From assembly GCA_044892505.1 (NCBI GenBank), contig CM097882.1:531278001-531342000 (forward strand): a DNA stretch of 64,000 bases. Direction: 5' to 3'. Positions 50,601-62,538 of the stretch are shown piece after piece (positions within the stretch are counted from its first letter, which is position 1; each line of letters begins with the position of its first letter). The stretch is from Schmidtea nova. Lineage: Eukaryota. The notes beneath the pieces were generated by a model. That model was not told the DNA's origin. It did not search any database and was given only the letters and a program-made list of their open reading frames with translations. The translations under genes and the position numbers were made by a program.

Positions 50601-50958
50601 TGTCATTGGTTAGGGAAATCTCGCCAACATAAAACGCTTCCCCCGCTGATACCCATGATGTATCCCTAACTACTCATCATGTTGGAACTGTATCAACGTT
50701 GTGAAATGATAAGGCCGGTGAGCAACCTTGCGGCTACTATTCCCTTATTTATTCACGGGTCCACCACTATCGATAGAAGGTCTGTGTGGTTTTATTCCGG
50801 TCCCCTCTCATTTATTTACATTCATTGTCTAGGGCTGATTTGTATTCCTCAAGTCCTTCGGCATAAATGATTTAGATGTACATAATCATTCATTTATTTA
50901 AACTATCATTCATCCCACATTGATTCATAAAGATACACTTTAACTACAATACAATTAT

Positions 50959-51458
50959 TTAGTCCAACAATACAGTAGGATTGATGACGGCCAGCAGTTG
51001 CTTTTCTGTCAACCCACTCAAGAGATCCACTTCGATCCCAACTCTTTCCGCATACGCTCGTCTTTCTCGACGCCTTTTAGCGCCTAGGCGGTTCCGTCTA
51101 TAAAATCGGTGCCCGCGTCTGTTTGTGTCCCATTCGACACGTTAGCTGATTCGACCCAGCGATTGAACGTACTCGTTCGAATCAATAGTCTTAATTGTTG
51201 CGTCACGAATTCCTTTGTGGAAGCTCTCAAATAGTTGTTGAGCTCCAGCTTGGTAGCTGCTACTTCTCGGGTCTGGTCCTCTAGAGCCCGCTCCTCCCGA
51301 TATCGGCAGTTTTGGATGTCCCGGACCCGTTCCGGACTGCACCAGGTCGTCCGTAATTCGTTAATTTCTACCTCCTGCCGTTTCACGAGGCTCTCCAATG
51401 CCCTGATACGTTGTCGCAATGAACTTACCTCATCGTTGTGGCTAGTCGTTGGGTCCAT
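50959..51458 (-). pseudogene. Degraded coiled-coil plus Arg-rich basic ORF, unknown family
   Basis: EVSSLRQRIRALESLVKRQEVEINELR heptads; after a frameshift, RRNRLGAKRRRERRAY. Preceded by ccccatccttttttag. Confidence 0.5.
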
Positions 51459-51669
51459 CTAAAAAAGGATGGGGTAGATTATTGGGTTCACTCTAAGGTT
51501 CAGGGTAATCAACTCGCCGAGTTCAATTTTGCATCTAACTCCCCACCCTCGCTCTTCACCATCACACCCCTAGTCCATCACACTCCGATCTTACTTCAGT
51601 AGCTTTCATGCATTCGGCAACACGAAGTAACAAAATTTTCTAATTTATTTTTATCACATGAAATTGCAC

Positions 51670-52234
51670 TCAATTGTCAGGTTTATATCCAATCTTGATC
51701 GCAAGTTCGGTTTTTTCTGCCGGTTCCGTCCGGGTGATAGAAATCTGGACAGGGAATCCAGCATAATTCGTCCTTATATACGAATACTTCTCGTAGGGTT
51801 GTTTCCGGATTTCATGTGTCTTGATGCAGATCGCGATGCCCCGGAGAGTTGATATAGGGTCTCGCTTCTCCTGTTCTAATACATCTTGGAGGGCCGAGAA
51901 AGGTGTAGCCAAGCCGTTGAAAAGTGCCAATCGGAATTTGAATGAAGGTCAGTATCCAACGGATCCTTTCATGGTTGTCCTCAAACTGGATGAACCACCT
52001 CGGTGAAGTCTTGGCATGGTCCTCTTTCATCTCCGGCCAGAAGGGGTCACCTTCCCATCGGATTCGATATTGGTAGAGAGTCTCACCGATGGACGCTCTC
52101 TCTGCGTCTCCAAGCTCGCATATGTCTCTCAGCTACTTTTGGATTTTCACTGGAGTGTCGTCCTTCTTCGTGGCATCTAGGACGTTGATTACTTTCGGTT
52201 GACAGTGGCACCTGATCTGGGTTCTTTTCGGCAT
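51670..52234 (-). pseudogene. Degraded ~188-aa ORF, unknown family
   Basis: MPKRTQIRCHCQPK...YRIRWEGDPFWPEMKEDH...ERIRWIL, frameshifting into ALFNGL...IGYKPDN*. One internal stop. GC-rich relative to the flanks. Confidence 0.5.
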
Positions 52235-52899
52235 GAACTATAAATTAGGTAAGATACAATTTAACTCTGGAAATTCATCATTCCATCCTCAATCGTTCTC
52301 ATTCCATCATCCCTCATTTTCATGCTAATCATACATCCATACATTCAGAAGTGAATTAAATCTTACTCAAAATTGCTTGCTGTTGATACTAAATTACACT
52401 GACTATTTTTAAATGGCTGATCAGCTATCAGTTATTGCTTTAATGGTTTTTGTACGGTCGACCTACACAGTACCACACAATGTTTTTGTCAATAATATAA
52501 TCTAAGGTATATCGCTTTAGCATATTGATTCGCTTGACTTATGTGATTTGTCTGTAGTCAATGATTTAATTCATCGGACGTTGAATCGCAGCTGTGTTTA
52601 ACGTCAGATTAGTGTGGCTATCATTGCTCTCCCCTAGTGCTCATCCGCTCGAAATATGGCCGATTTTACCTTGGTCTCAGTATGGGTTTACCTTTTTCTG
52701 GTGCATGCAGCCTTTTACCCCATAATACTGTCTACGAAAATAGGAGATGGAATCATTTGTACGTAAGCTGATAGGTATTTACTGCCCCGGGACATATCCT
52801 CATAACGTTTAGTTACTACAGAATTTACTGATGTCTATGTGCACCCTTCCCCCGTTTAGTCGCTTATCGCTCTCTCGCCGCATCAGCCCTCACATAAGA

Positions 52900-53150
52900 A
52901 TGAGAGTTTATAACAATAATAATAAGATTCAAACCAACGTACCTTTTATTTCCACGACAATTTCAATGGTAGTTTCAGTCTCATAATTCACTTTAGAATG
53001 ACACTTAGAGAAAATGACTCTCAATGAGAAATTTACTCTCGGTAAAAATGACTGACTTTACTGAATTTGGCTGCCGTATTTATACTAAATTGTTTTTTCG
53101 GCCAGCCAATCAGAATTTAGTGTGCATGCAGATATTGTGTGCATTTTCAT
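52900..53150 (-). promoter_or_regulatory. LTR/promoter-like segment (CCAAT, TATA, AATAAA)
   Basis: On the - strand GATTGG (53106-53110 region), TATAAATA (53084-53077), AATAAA (52950-52945), in LTR-like order. Confidence 0.4.
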
Positions 53151-53444
53151 TTTTAATGTTTTTCTTTGTATACCTAATTCGGTAAGTTTGTTGTTTAATC
53201 ATCCGTGAATCTTTTGTTAATATTTGTTTTATTGTAGACTCTCGGTGATATCTGCCCACGCCTTGTCAGATTTTCGAGTTATTGGTATTCCGCATGGGTG
53301 AGTTTCTATTGTTATTATCTATTTTGATTCGTGCTTCATTACTTTTAGATTCTGCTGCACATTGTTGACTTGTCGGTACTTTATTATTTATTTTGTTACT
53401 GTTTTTATATTATTTATTCTATTGATTTTATTTTTCTTTTAGAT

Positions 53445-53800
53445 TATCGCTGGTTTGCTTGGCCCAACAGTTGAACGAATATAATTTTTTATATGCTTCA
53501 ATTTGGAAAATGGTCGTTCTCCTTCTGCATTTGTTCCAATAATAGAGAGATAAATTCGAAATGCAATATTTACATTTGGAAAACTTGTCTGTAATTTGTC
53601 TTGAATTAGTAATTTTATTAAATCTGCTACAGATTTCTTATCTTTTTACATTGAAGAAAACATTATAAACTCATCTACAAATTCTTCTTCCAAATCTGAT
53701 GAATATGTGTTGACTAAATCTTTAGCTTTACATCTAGCTTCTTCGTTGGATAAAGATTTATCTCCAATACAATGTTGAAAATCCAAATTACACTGTTCAG
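53445..53800 (-). mobile_element. hAT dimerisation-domain relic
   Basis: FPNVNIAFRIYLSIIGTNAEGERPFSKLKHIKNYIRST. Confidence 0.8.
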
Positions 53801-53940
53801 AAAATAATTTTGGTGTACTAATTTGTTTTTCATTATATATATTGTAATGTGCCTAGGGCCTACGAAAGGTTTGAGATGGCTCTGATAACATGGATATGCT
53901 ACACAAGGCATTGTTGGGTAGAACAAAACATTAACTTATC

Positions 53941-53996
<56 letters not shown>

Positions 53997-54239
53997 ATAT
54001 TTTTATTTAAAAAAAATTGAAGTTGTTTTAATAACTTAAAGCACAAAACGGAATTAGTGTTAGAAAATAATAATGCAAGTTAAGAAGATGGATACAAATA
54101 AAGATATGCAATCAGCTACTGTTAAAGCACAATGCAAACCCAGAACTTTTTGCACAGCTATTAAAAAGAAGAAGCAATTTTACTCAATAATAAATATTTT
54201 ACTCGTGTTTTATTTCAATTTAATTTTTTACCTAATTCA

Positions 54240-54990
54240 GTCAAACGCAGAATGGGGTACCGAAAACAAGAGCTCCACAATTGGTGTCAGAACTGATAAC
54301 TTTCGGAAGCAGAATACGCTACACTACCATTCATCAGATCCCATTTATTGTTATTTGTCAAACATTCATGTTCAACAGCAGCAATCCAAATTGTAAGTAA
54401 CTCTTCTAGTTACTGTATTTTTTATTATGTTTTTTGTTTAAAAGTTTAAATGTATTAAAAAAAGAAATGTAGTGATATCTAATCACACAATAAAAAAAAA
54501 TAAATCTATTAATACTAGAAGCTTAACTAAATTTATATTATCATTCATATCTCAACCATTATATGCCTAATTTATATTATCATTCATATCTTAACCATTA
54601 TACGCCTATGTTGGTTAAACCAAAAACAGCCACAACAACAGCAGAATAATTACCGTCCAATGTTTCAGTTACATCAATATTCTATGCCTCCTCAATCAAT
54701 GATTAATCAACAGTCTGGCCCGTATGTAATCGTGTCTTCGCAATATCAATCATATTCTGATCAACAATTACCCATTAATACTACCATAAACGGAATGTTC
54801 ACCAAATGATTTATCAACATCGAGCAGCACCAAATATTAATGCACAAATGTAAATCCAACAACAACATCAAATATCGCAGCCGACTAGTCCTATGAATAC
54901 GGATGCTTCTAATCACATGTCAGGAATTAACAATACGACAGAAGCGTCATTTTCAAGTAACGAGCCGAATGATAATTTGTTTAATATGGC
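54240..54990 (+). pseudogene. Q/P/N-rich coding-like segment, disrupted
   Basis: WLNQKQPQQQQNNYRPMFQLHQYSMPPQ...QQQHQISQPTSPMNT with one frameshift and one stop. Splice-like cag| at 54240 and |gtaagt at about 54393. Confidence 0.4.
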
Positions 54991-55129
54991 AATACGTATC
55001 TTTTATTATATTTCTATAGATAAAATTCTATTTATATTTATGATAATTTTATATATATTATTTAATAAATTTATTTATAAAATTACCCTTACCGATTTCT
55101 CTACCCGCCTTTCTTCCGCCCTTTAACTA

Positions 55130-55750
55130 CAAACCGCACCCATAATCCTAACCAAGATCCAACCGACGATAATGATTCTTTCCTCAAAACCACACCGATA
55201 ATACTAGTCTTTATCCTTACGCATTTTAATAACAGAATACGGGAAATCGCTGTTACCTCCTATCTATACACCGACATTGCCATATTGCTTCGCATTAACA
55301 AGAACTCATTCTACGTGTCGAGCAATGATTATTTAGTATCTTCTTTCACTCAGCTGTAGTCTAATTCAATCTTAGACATCTACTATTGTCTCCTAGGAGG
55401 CGGTCGAATCACAACAGAACCATCTTTCTCATTCGGATTCCGCTCCATTCTGTTTTTTCTGGACTCGGACGGTACACCTTCTTCGAGGTTTTGGATCTTT
55501 GAAGCGCGTACGTCTTCCTCTTCAAAATCACAAGCAGATTACCTACTTGATAGTTTATCAGCCGAATTGATAGCCGAACTAGCCCGAAAATCGTTGATGC
55601 TCTTGACGCAGGAGATCAATATGAAAGACTAAAAAATCTCATTACAACAAAATGCACTTCTTCACAGACCTAGGCTCTGCAAAAACTATTGGCACCACAG
55701 ATTTACTTAGGCAAACAGCCTAGCCTCCTTTCGGCAGAGATAGTTCAGGA
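55130..55750 (+). mobile_element. Gypsy gag relic of family B
   Basis: LTHFNNRIREI and GDQYERLKNLITTKCTSSQT*ALQKLLAPQIYLGKQPS. Inverted homolog of 30480-31000. Confidence 0.75.
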
Positions 55751-55972
55751 TCAAATTTTAATAAAGAGATATAAACTAAATTAATTATCAAATAATTTAA
55801 TAAATATTAATATTTTAAAATTCATTAATATTTTGCAAAAAAATTAAAAAGACACATTTAAATATTATATTTAAAATCAAACTTTAATTAAATTTAAGAC
55901 CGCAATGAAAATATCTGCTCTGTTATTAAAATAATAACAAAATTCATTAAGAAAGTCCTGTCTTTTTTCTGT

Positions 55973-56254
55973 TTAAACACCTTTTCTTCGTTTGATTTCT
56001 AACTTTAATTCATTGTGGAATGATTCGATAGCTTGAGTGTTAATTCCATTCCTTTTATTTATAAAGTCATACTTGTGGCAAACTGTGCCATGATACAAAC
56101 TGTATTCGTCAAGATTGAAGTATGCTTTATGTTCATCTGTCCATAGTACGCTATTATTGGCCACTTGATTACATATGATAGGCACTATTGTTTTTTCTTT
56201 CTTGTCTGGTTTTGTAACTGCAAATGCTCTTTCAATATTATTATTTACCTCCAC
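55973..56254 (-). mobile_element. Merlin/ISXO2-like transposase fragment, second family
   Basis: VLWTDEHKAY...HGTVCHKYDF...NTQAIESFHNELK. Confidence 0.85.
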
Positions 56255-58272
56255 AATACACAGTGAATCAGTTCTGTTACTAGAAGCCCGGTCACGATGA
56301 ATTTTTTAATTTTAAAATATATTTTTTCAGGATTGCCCCCCTAAACATTTTTCTGGAACCGTCCCTGTGCGGAAAATGGCGTTTAATAGAGGGGAAATGT
56401 TGCTTTGTATTTAAACATTTTCTAAAGGACTACCTAACCAATGTACCCTTCAAAAATAATGAAGTTTTAAAACACAAATTTGACCAAATTTTAATTTAAA
56501 TTTTAATGATAAAATTATAATAAAATAATATTATTTAATATAGCAACATAGATAAAATCTAAATCGAGAAGGAATTAGAAACTGAAAATATTTTTTTTCT
56601 TGAATTTATTGTTTTGTTGGTTGTTATAATACAACAGTAATGTACGAAATAAAAAAATTAAATTTTTAACATTCTTGGAGAATATTTGTCTGTCAAAAAG
56701 AACAAATTTATTCATTTTCACATTAGAAATCCTACATGTAAATTGTTCGGAAATTCATTTGGTCGCAGATTTGTAGATTTATATCATTATAGTAGTGCAA
56801 TAACTCCATTTAAATTTGTTGAAAATTATGAAAATAGAATAGCAAATGATATAAAATTCTCAGAGTTGAAATTTTGTTTTATTGACTCTGGAAGTAATTG
56901 TCGTTTATCAGAAACGTATCTGGAGCAATCCCACTTCTCATGTCATTGCAACTAGATTGAAGGCGCATTCAATGATATTTCATTCGCCTACTATTAAAAA
57001 AAATCCTTCAATTATAAAATCTTATTAACACATTTGTGGAGGTGTTATCATTAGAATTAATATTAATTATTACAGATATTTATTTTCAATACTAATTCAT
57101 TTACTTTAAAGATGACCTTTGACAAAGAAATTTCTACTAATAAAGAATTATTACGTGAGCTATTTTTGCAATACGTGCATCATTCGACAGGATTTGTATC
57201 ATCCATCGTAATGTAAACATTTTATATTATCAAATCAAAGGTCTTCATTTCATCAAATAAAATAATTAATAGTAATCTCGCATAATCTTAATATAAATAT
57301 TATTGTGTGTCAAAAAATTCAATTAAAATTATTAAATATTTTATTTTTTTCGTCATTTATCTATATTTGGAGAACCGAGAGATCAAAATTTGGGTAATTA
57401 TTAAAACACCCGGGCGCTAGTAAGGATTGTACAATTTAATTTGTTATTGTCTCAATTAGGCCCAAGGATTTTCAGCAATTATTACTTAATCATCTGTTTG
57501 AAAATTGTACAAAAAAGAGCTGAAAATAGACGAACCACCAGTAAGCCAAAGAAATTTAACTTGAAAATTATTATTGAAGCGTATTGAAAAGAATTGTAAA
57601 AATACTTAAAGAGGTGAAAAAAGAAACCATTGAAATAAATTCTTATCTAAATTAGATGTAACAGAACAGGCGATTGCTCCATGGTTACCTGCCTTAAGTT
57701 TAACTAAATAATTACTGAAAAGAATGTGCAAATTATTGACAAAGTTTAATTTTTTAAATCAGTGAAAATAAACGGTTCTGTGTTGTATGTTATTGACTTT
57801 CGGTAAATAAAAGTAGACGAAGAGTCAGAAGTTGCACCGATTTAGTATTTAAATAAAATAACCCAACACTATTATTAATTATTTTTATTATTGAGCATTT
57901 GCCGACTGAATGGGTCGTATTTTAAGAAAAAAAGTTAGTAATTATTGGTAACGAGTAACTTGTGAGGCATTGTCAATAAGATATTTAAATTAAAAATTAA
58001 AGCTCAAGTTGCCCGTTCCTCGGATATATTGAATGTGCTTAAGTAACTGGGTGATATATGTTGTGAATGGTGTTTTTGGGTTAATTATGTTTGTTTTTTT
58101 TTCAATTTTGTTTAGAAAAAAATTTTGTTTTTCAACTTTGATAAAAAATATTTTTATATTAAAATTTTATGTATAAATATATTTTTAAAAATTGAATTTT
58201 GATACAATTCGAAGATGATTATTATTGATTAATTTGTTTGAATATTTCGTATTTTCTATTTATTATCCTGAC

Positions 58273-58316
58273 TGCTAGCCTGAAGAAAACTGTTATTCGG
58301 TCGAAATATATGGTGT
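58273..58316 (+). ncRNA. Degenerate minimal hammerhead motif
   Basis: CTGAAGA-a-aactg ttatt cggtc-GAAA-TATA-T-G. Core intact but G at the cleavage position and an imperfect stem II. Confidence 0.5.
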
Positions 58317-58375
58317 TTATCGTGAAAATACTAAGTTAGCGTTTCTCAATTAATAATAATAAACGTAATAATCGT

Positions 58376-58397
58376 TATAATAATAATAATAATAATA

Positions 58398-58448
<51 letters not shown>

Positions 58449-58462
58449 TAATAATAATAATA
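58376..58462. repeat. (AAT)n microsatellite
   Basis: Direct read. Confidence 0.97.
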
Positions 58463-58682
58463 AAAAATGAAAATAAAATTTTATTTCTTCATTTAAAAAT
58501 CACAATCATCGTTACCAATAAAATTACAATTGCAATACAATAAAATTATTAAACAGTTTTTTTGGATTATTATTTTCAGAAATAAAAGACGCAAAAATAT
58601 TTAATTAATTTATTTTAATATTTAAATATATTATTAATAAAAATGATCAATCCATCACCCTACAAATTACGTACAAACAAAT

Positions 58683-58949
58683 TTATGCTACACTCCTCGT
58701 TTTGGTTTGTCTTGTGTCTGTAAAACTTATCAATGAATTTCTTTTCGATTTATTAAATCTCAATAAGGAAGATGATATTTGTTCAGCTGCTTTTTTGTAC
58801 AGTGGGATGGCTATACTATGACGCCTCCTGGATGGTGTCGAAACTGGGGATTCTGAACAGATTGGAGATACTGGCACACCTGTTGCCACTTCTTCTGGAG
58901 AGCATTCATCCGGCTGTTTGATGTCAATGCAATTTGCAAATGGAGTTCT
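58683..58949 (-). CDS. Probable terminal coding exon of an unidentified host gene
   Basis: ctcttttcag| then an open 88-codon S/P/R-rich frame RTPFANCID...SRRRHSIAIP...RSVA*. Confidence 0.5.
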   Translation of the reverse strand, partial: RTPFANCIDIKQPDECSPEEVATGVPVSPICSESPVSTPSRRRHSIAIPLYKKAAEQISSSLLRFNKSKRNSLISFTDTRQTKTRSVA

Positions 58950-60016
58950 CTGAAAAGAGATGTATTTTTAAAAATTACATATAAAAAGGTAATTGGGAAA
59001 TTTTAGGAAGCCGAGATATTTATATTTGTCATAGAACGTTAAATATTTTACAAAAATTTTAATTTTAATCAACGAAGTAAATTTTTTATTTCATTAACGT
59101 GATCTGAAAATCGACTTTTCTCTATAGAATGATGCATAATTTAAAACTTTTAACCAAGTATTTCTTTAAAAACTGTAGCACTATTTTAAATATTAAGAAC
59201 TTGATTTACACCTTTTGAGATTATTGATTTGAAATTTTACCTAATAGTCATGGTTACGGAAACTAAATATTTAAGATCAAACGGCTTTAAATTAACTTTT
59301 AATTTAATTTTACCCAAAGTTTATATATAAATAATTTTTTCAAGGCTGCAATATAACTGTTTTATACTAGTAATTCTATATTTGTACAGGAAAGAGAATT
59401 ATAGGACATTTATTGATTTTCTGAATATGACATAAGTTAAAGTCGACCATGCCGGAATAGCAGAATATTGGCCGGAATTAGAGTCAATCTTCGTATTTAT
59501 ATCAATAATTTATCATGCAGAAAATTTAATCGAATTGAATTTGATCGATTTATAGTTTTCCTGGGAATTAGAATGAATAATGTATCTAAGCTACCCACTG
59601 ATACTTTTGAATCGAATGACTAAATTTCACCTAAGTTTTCGGTTCCACTTACATTTTGGCCAAAATTCCTTACAGAATACCGTCAGAATATTTTCTACGT
59701 CGATTCCTTTTACAAGTGTTAAATCAATAACTCTCCATTTGATAAGATAAAATAAAGGTCAAAGTAAAGGTAAAGTAATATCTGATATCTATCCAAGATA
59801 ATAATTTCCATGCTCTTCCAATATATTTATTTTTTTTTAATTAATTTGTTTAAGCATACCATAGTAAGTATAAAAATTCCTTCTATATTCATCTATCTTA
59901 TTTACAATAAAAATATTGAAAAACTATAAAAAATTCATGAAATTAGTTTTGGGCTCAACGACAAACCATACCAGTCGAGTTTTCCATTAGGTAATTAAAT
60001 TTGTTTAATTAGTTTG

Positions 60017-60104
<88 letters not shown>

Positions 60105-60106
<2 letters not shown>

Positions 60107-60634
60107 GTGGACCCCATTGATTTCATATTATTATATTTGAACTCGTCTCTCCATTTGGCATAAGTATATAATAGTTTCCCTGCTAAATATTTATTATTAT
60201 TTTTGAATTTTGAATTTGGATGTTTTTATTGATTTGCACTTAATTTTTGATAATTTATTTTATTTCGCTTCTGTTCGGACAAACCCCTACACGTTTACTA
60301 GTGATTACACAATCACACATGCAAAATCCAATACAACTTTTATCAACCCTAATAAAATTATCATAATTATCTTTTTTCACCTTTGATCTTTTTTTTTATT
60401 AATATCAATAATTCCCATATTGGATGACTATAGATCAAAATTTCTTTAAATAAGTACACAATATTTCGGCACAGCCTTTATCAAGTGTGTATTAATACAC
60501 ACTTGATAAAGGCTGTGACGAAATATTGTGTATTTATTTAAAAAAATTTTGATTTATAGTCATCCAATATGGGAATTATTGATCCTAATAAAATTAATTA
60601 AAAGCTCTAAAAATCCATATCGTTTTATTGGATT
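60105..60634 (+). repeat. Short non-coding repeat family D, copy 1 (with palindromic insert)
   Basis: Direct homolog of 61973-62262; starts right after (TA)n. Confidence 0.8.
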
Positions 60635-61056
60635 AATAATAATCTTAATAATAAACATGTTTTAAAAAATGCTAAAATTAAAACAAAAATAAATGAGGAA
60701 ATTAATAACAATAATATTTTTAATTTTAATAATGAAAATATTTTTTAATTTAAATCTAACAAGGATTTTAAAACTCTGTCGTTTTTTTTTTAAATTTCAT
60801 GAAATAAGTTTTGGGCTTAACGAAAAATTGGATTGATAAACATAGAAATAATATTAACAATAAAAATTTACAATGGGAACTCCGTCCTCGTTTATTCATT
60901 GTGGTTAACTGCATATTCTATCACTTTACAATAAATGAACTCGTGTCTCCGGAAGTGTATTATTATATATTTTCTAATAAAATTATTGTTAATATAATTT
61001 AAATAAATGGTAATTTATTCAAATAAATAAAATAACATCATTTTTGAAATATATCT

Positions 61057-61097
61057 TTGCAATATATCTCGACAGCTCAGCTGCCATCTTCATGCAA
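61057..61097 (-). ncRNA. Degenerate minimal hammerhead motif
   Basis: ttgc-ATGAAGA-T-GGCAGC tga GCTGTC-GAGA-TATA-T-T-gcaa: stems intact, two core substitutions. Confidence 0.6.
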
Positions 61098-61972
61098 TAA
61101 GCAAATTCAATAAAAAATTGATATTATTTATACGTTTTTTGGGTTTTCAATTTAAGTCTGTATTACTTTCTGACTAATCGTTCTCTTATTTAAAATAAAT
61201 CAAGATTACCCGACACAATAACTTTTATTCAAATTTGCCACAAATTAAAAGAAAATTTTATTTTATAATTATCTTTACCTTCCGGCATTAGATGTAAGTC
61301 GTCCCAATTATAAATTACCCTTTCTGGTACTCAGAATTGATTTGATTTACTGATACTATTTTCTTCATGCTGTCTATCTAGTAACCTTTAGAAATTCTGA
61401 ATTGTTCACGAAATATTTTTTCGACCAACTGCCTCATCCTTTTATGGTACTTTCATAATTAGACCCTTTTCCATTTTAAGTTGATTTCTGGCTGGCGTCT
61501 CTCGTGTCTTCAATTCTAATTGCAGTTCGTAAGGTTTCTGCAAATTAATTTACCCCAGGCTTCCACACAACCAATCGTTTGGGGGTAATTGAATCATTTT
61601 GATGAAGATTCGGATCCCATTTAAGTTGCCTAATTTTCTTTGGTAATATGATAATTTTGTTAATGACTTAGATTTGCAATATCAGTCACGTTTTCTATTA
61701 GGTAATTATTTTTAATTGCAGTTCGTAATTACTAGCACGGGTAAATAGTGTGAAGACTTAAAACCTTATCCCTGTATGTATGTGTCTGTAACGCTGATAA
61801 TAAATCAAATTAATAAATTTATTTTAATAAATTTTAATAAATTTCAATTTTAATCTACTTACTATAGTAAGTAGACTGTCTAATGTGGTCAGCGTTACAG
61901 ACACATACAGTGATAAGGCTTATATATATGTATGTATGTATGTATTATTTTGTAATTTCTTAATATTTATTT

Positions 61973-62400
61973 CTGTGTACCCCATTTATTTCATATTATT
62001 ATATTTGAACTCGTCTCGTCATTTAACATCAGCCCATACTAGTTTCCCCAATAAATATTTATTATTTTTTTGCTTTTTGAACTTTGATATTTATATAGAT
62101 TTGCCCTTAATTTTTGATCATTAATTTTATTTTGTTCTAGTCCGGACAAACCCATACACGTTTACTAGTGATTACATAATCTCATGCAAAATCCAATAAA
62201 ACTTTTATTGGCCTAGAAAAATTAATTAAAAGCTCTCAAAATTCATGTCGTTTTATTGGATTCTGTACATGTTATTATGTAATCACTAATAAACGTATAA
62301 ATAGGATCAATTTTTATTTTATTGAATTTATGGCTTGAAGATGACAGTTGAACTGTCGAAATATATTGCAAAAATATTTTTTAAAAATGGCGTTTTTTTA
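61973..62400 (+). repeat. Repeat family D, copy 2, ending in a hammerhead motif
   Basis: Follows a (TATG)n run and is homologous to 60105-60634. Confidence 0.8.
62331..62371 (+). ncRNA. Minimal hammerhead motif with C3 to U substitution
   Basis: tggc-TTGAAGA-T-GACAGT tga ACTGTC-GAAA-TATA-T-T-gcaa. Confidence 0.65.
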
Positions 62401-62538
62401 TTTAGTTAATATAATTGATTGCATATTATAAAATATAGATTATAATCAATACTTTAAAAAAAAATTTAATTAAAATTTAAGTTGTAGTGCCTTAAGAGAT
62501 ATTTGTGACAAAAACTATATGTTTTAAGGTTCTACCCC

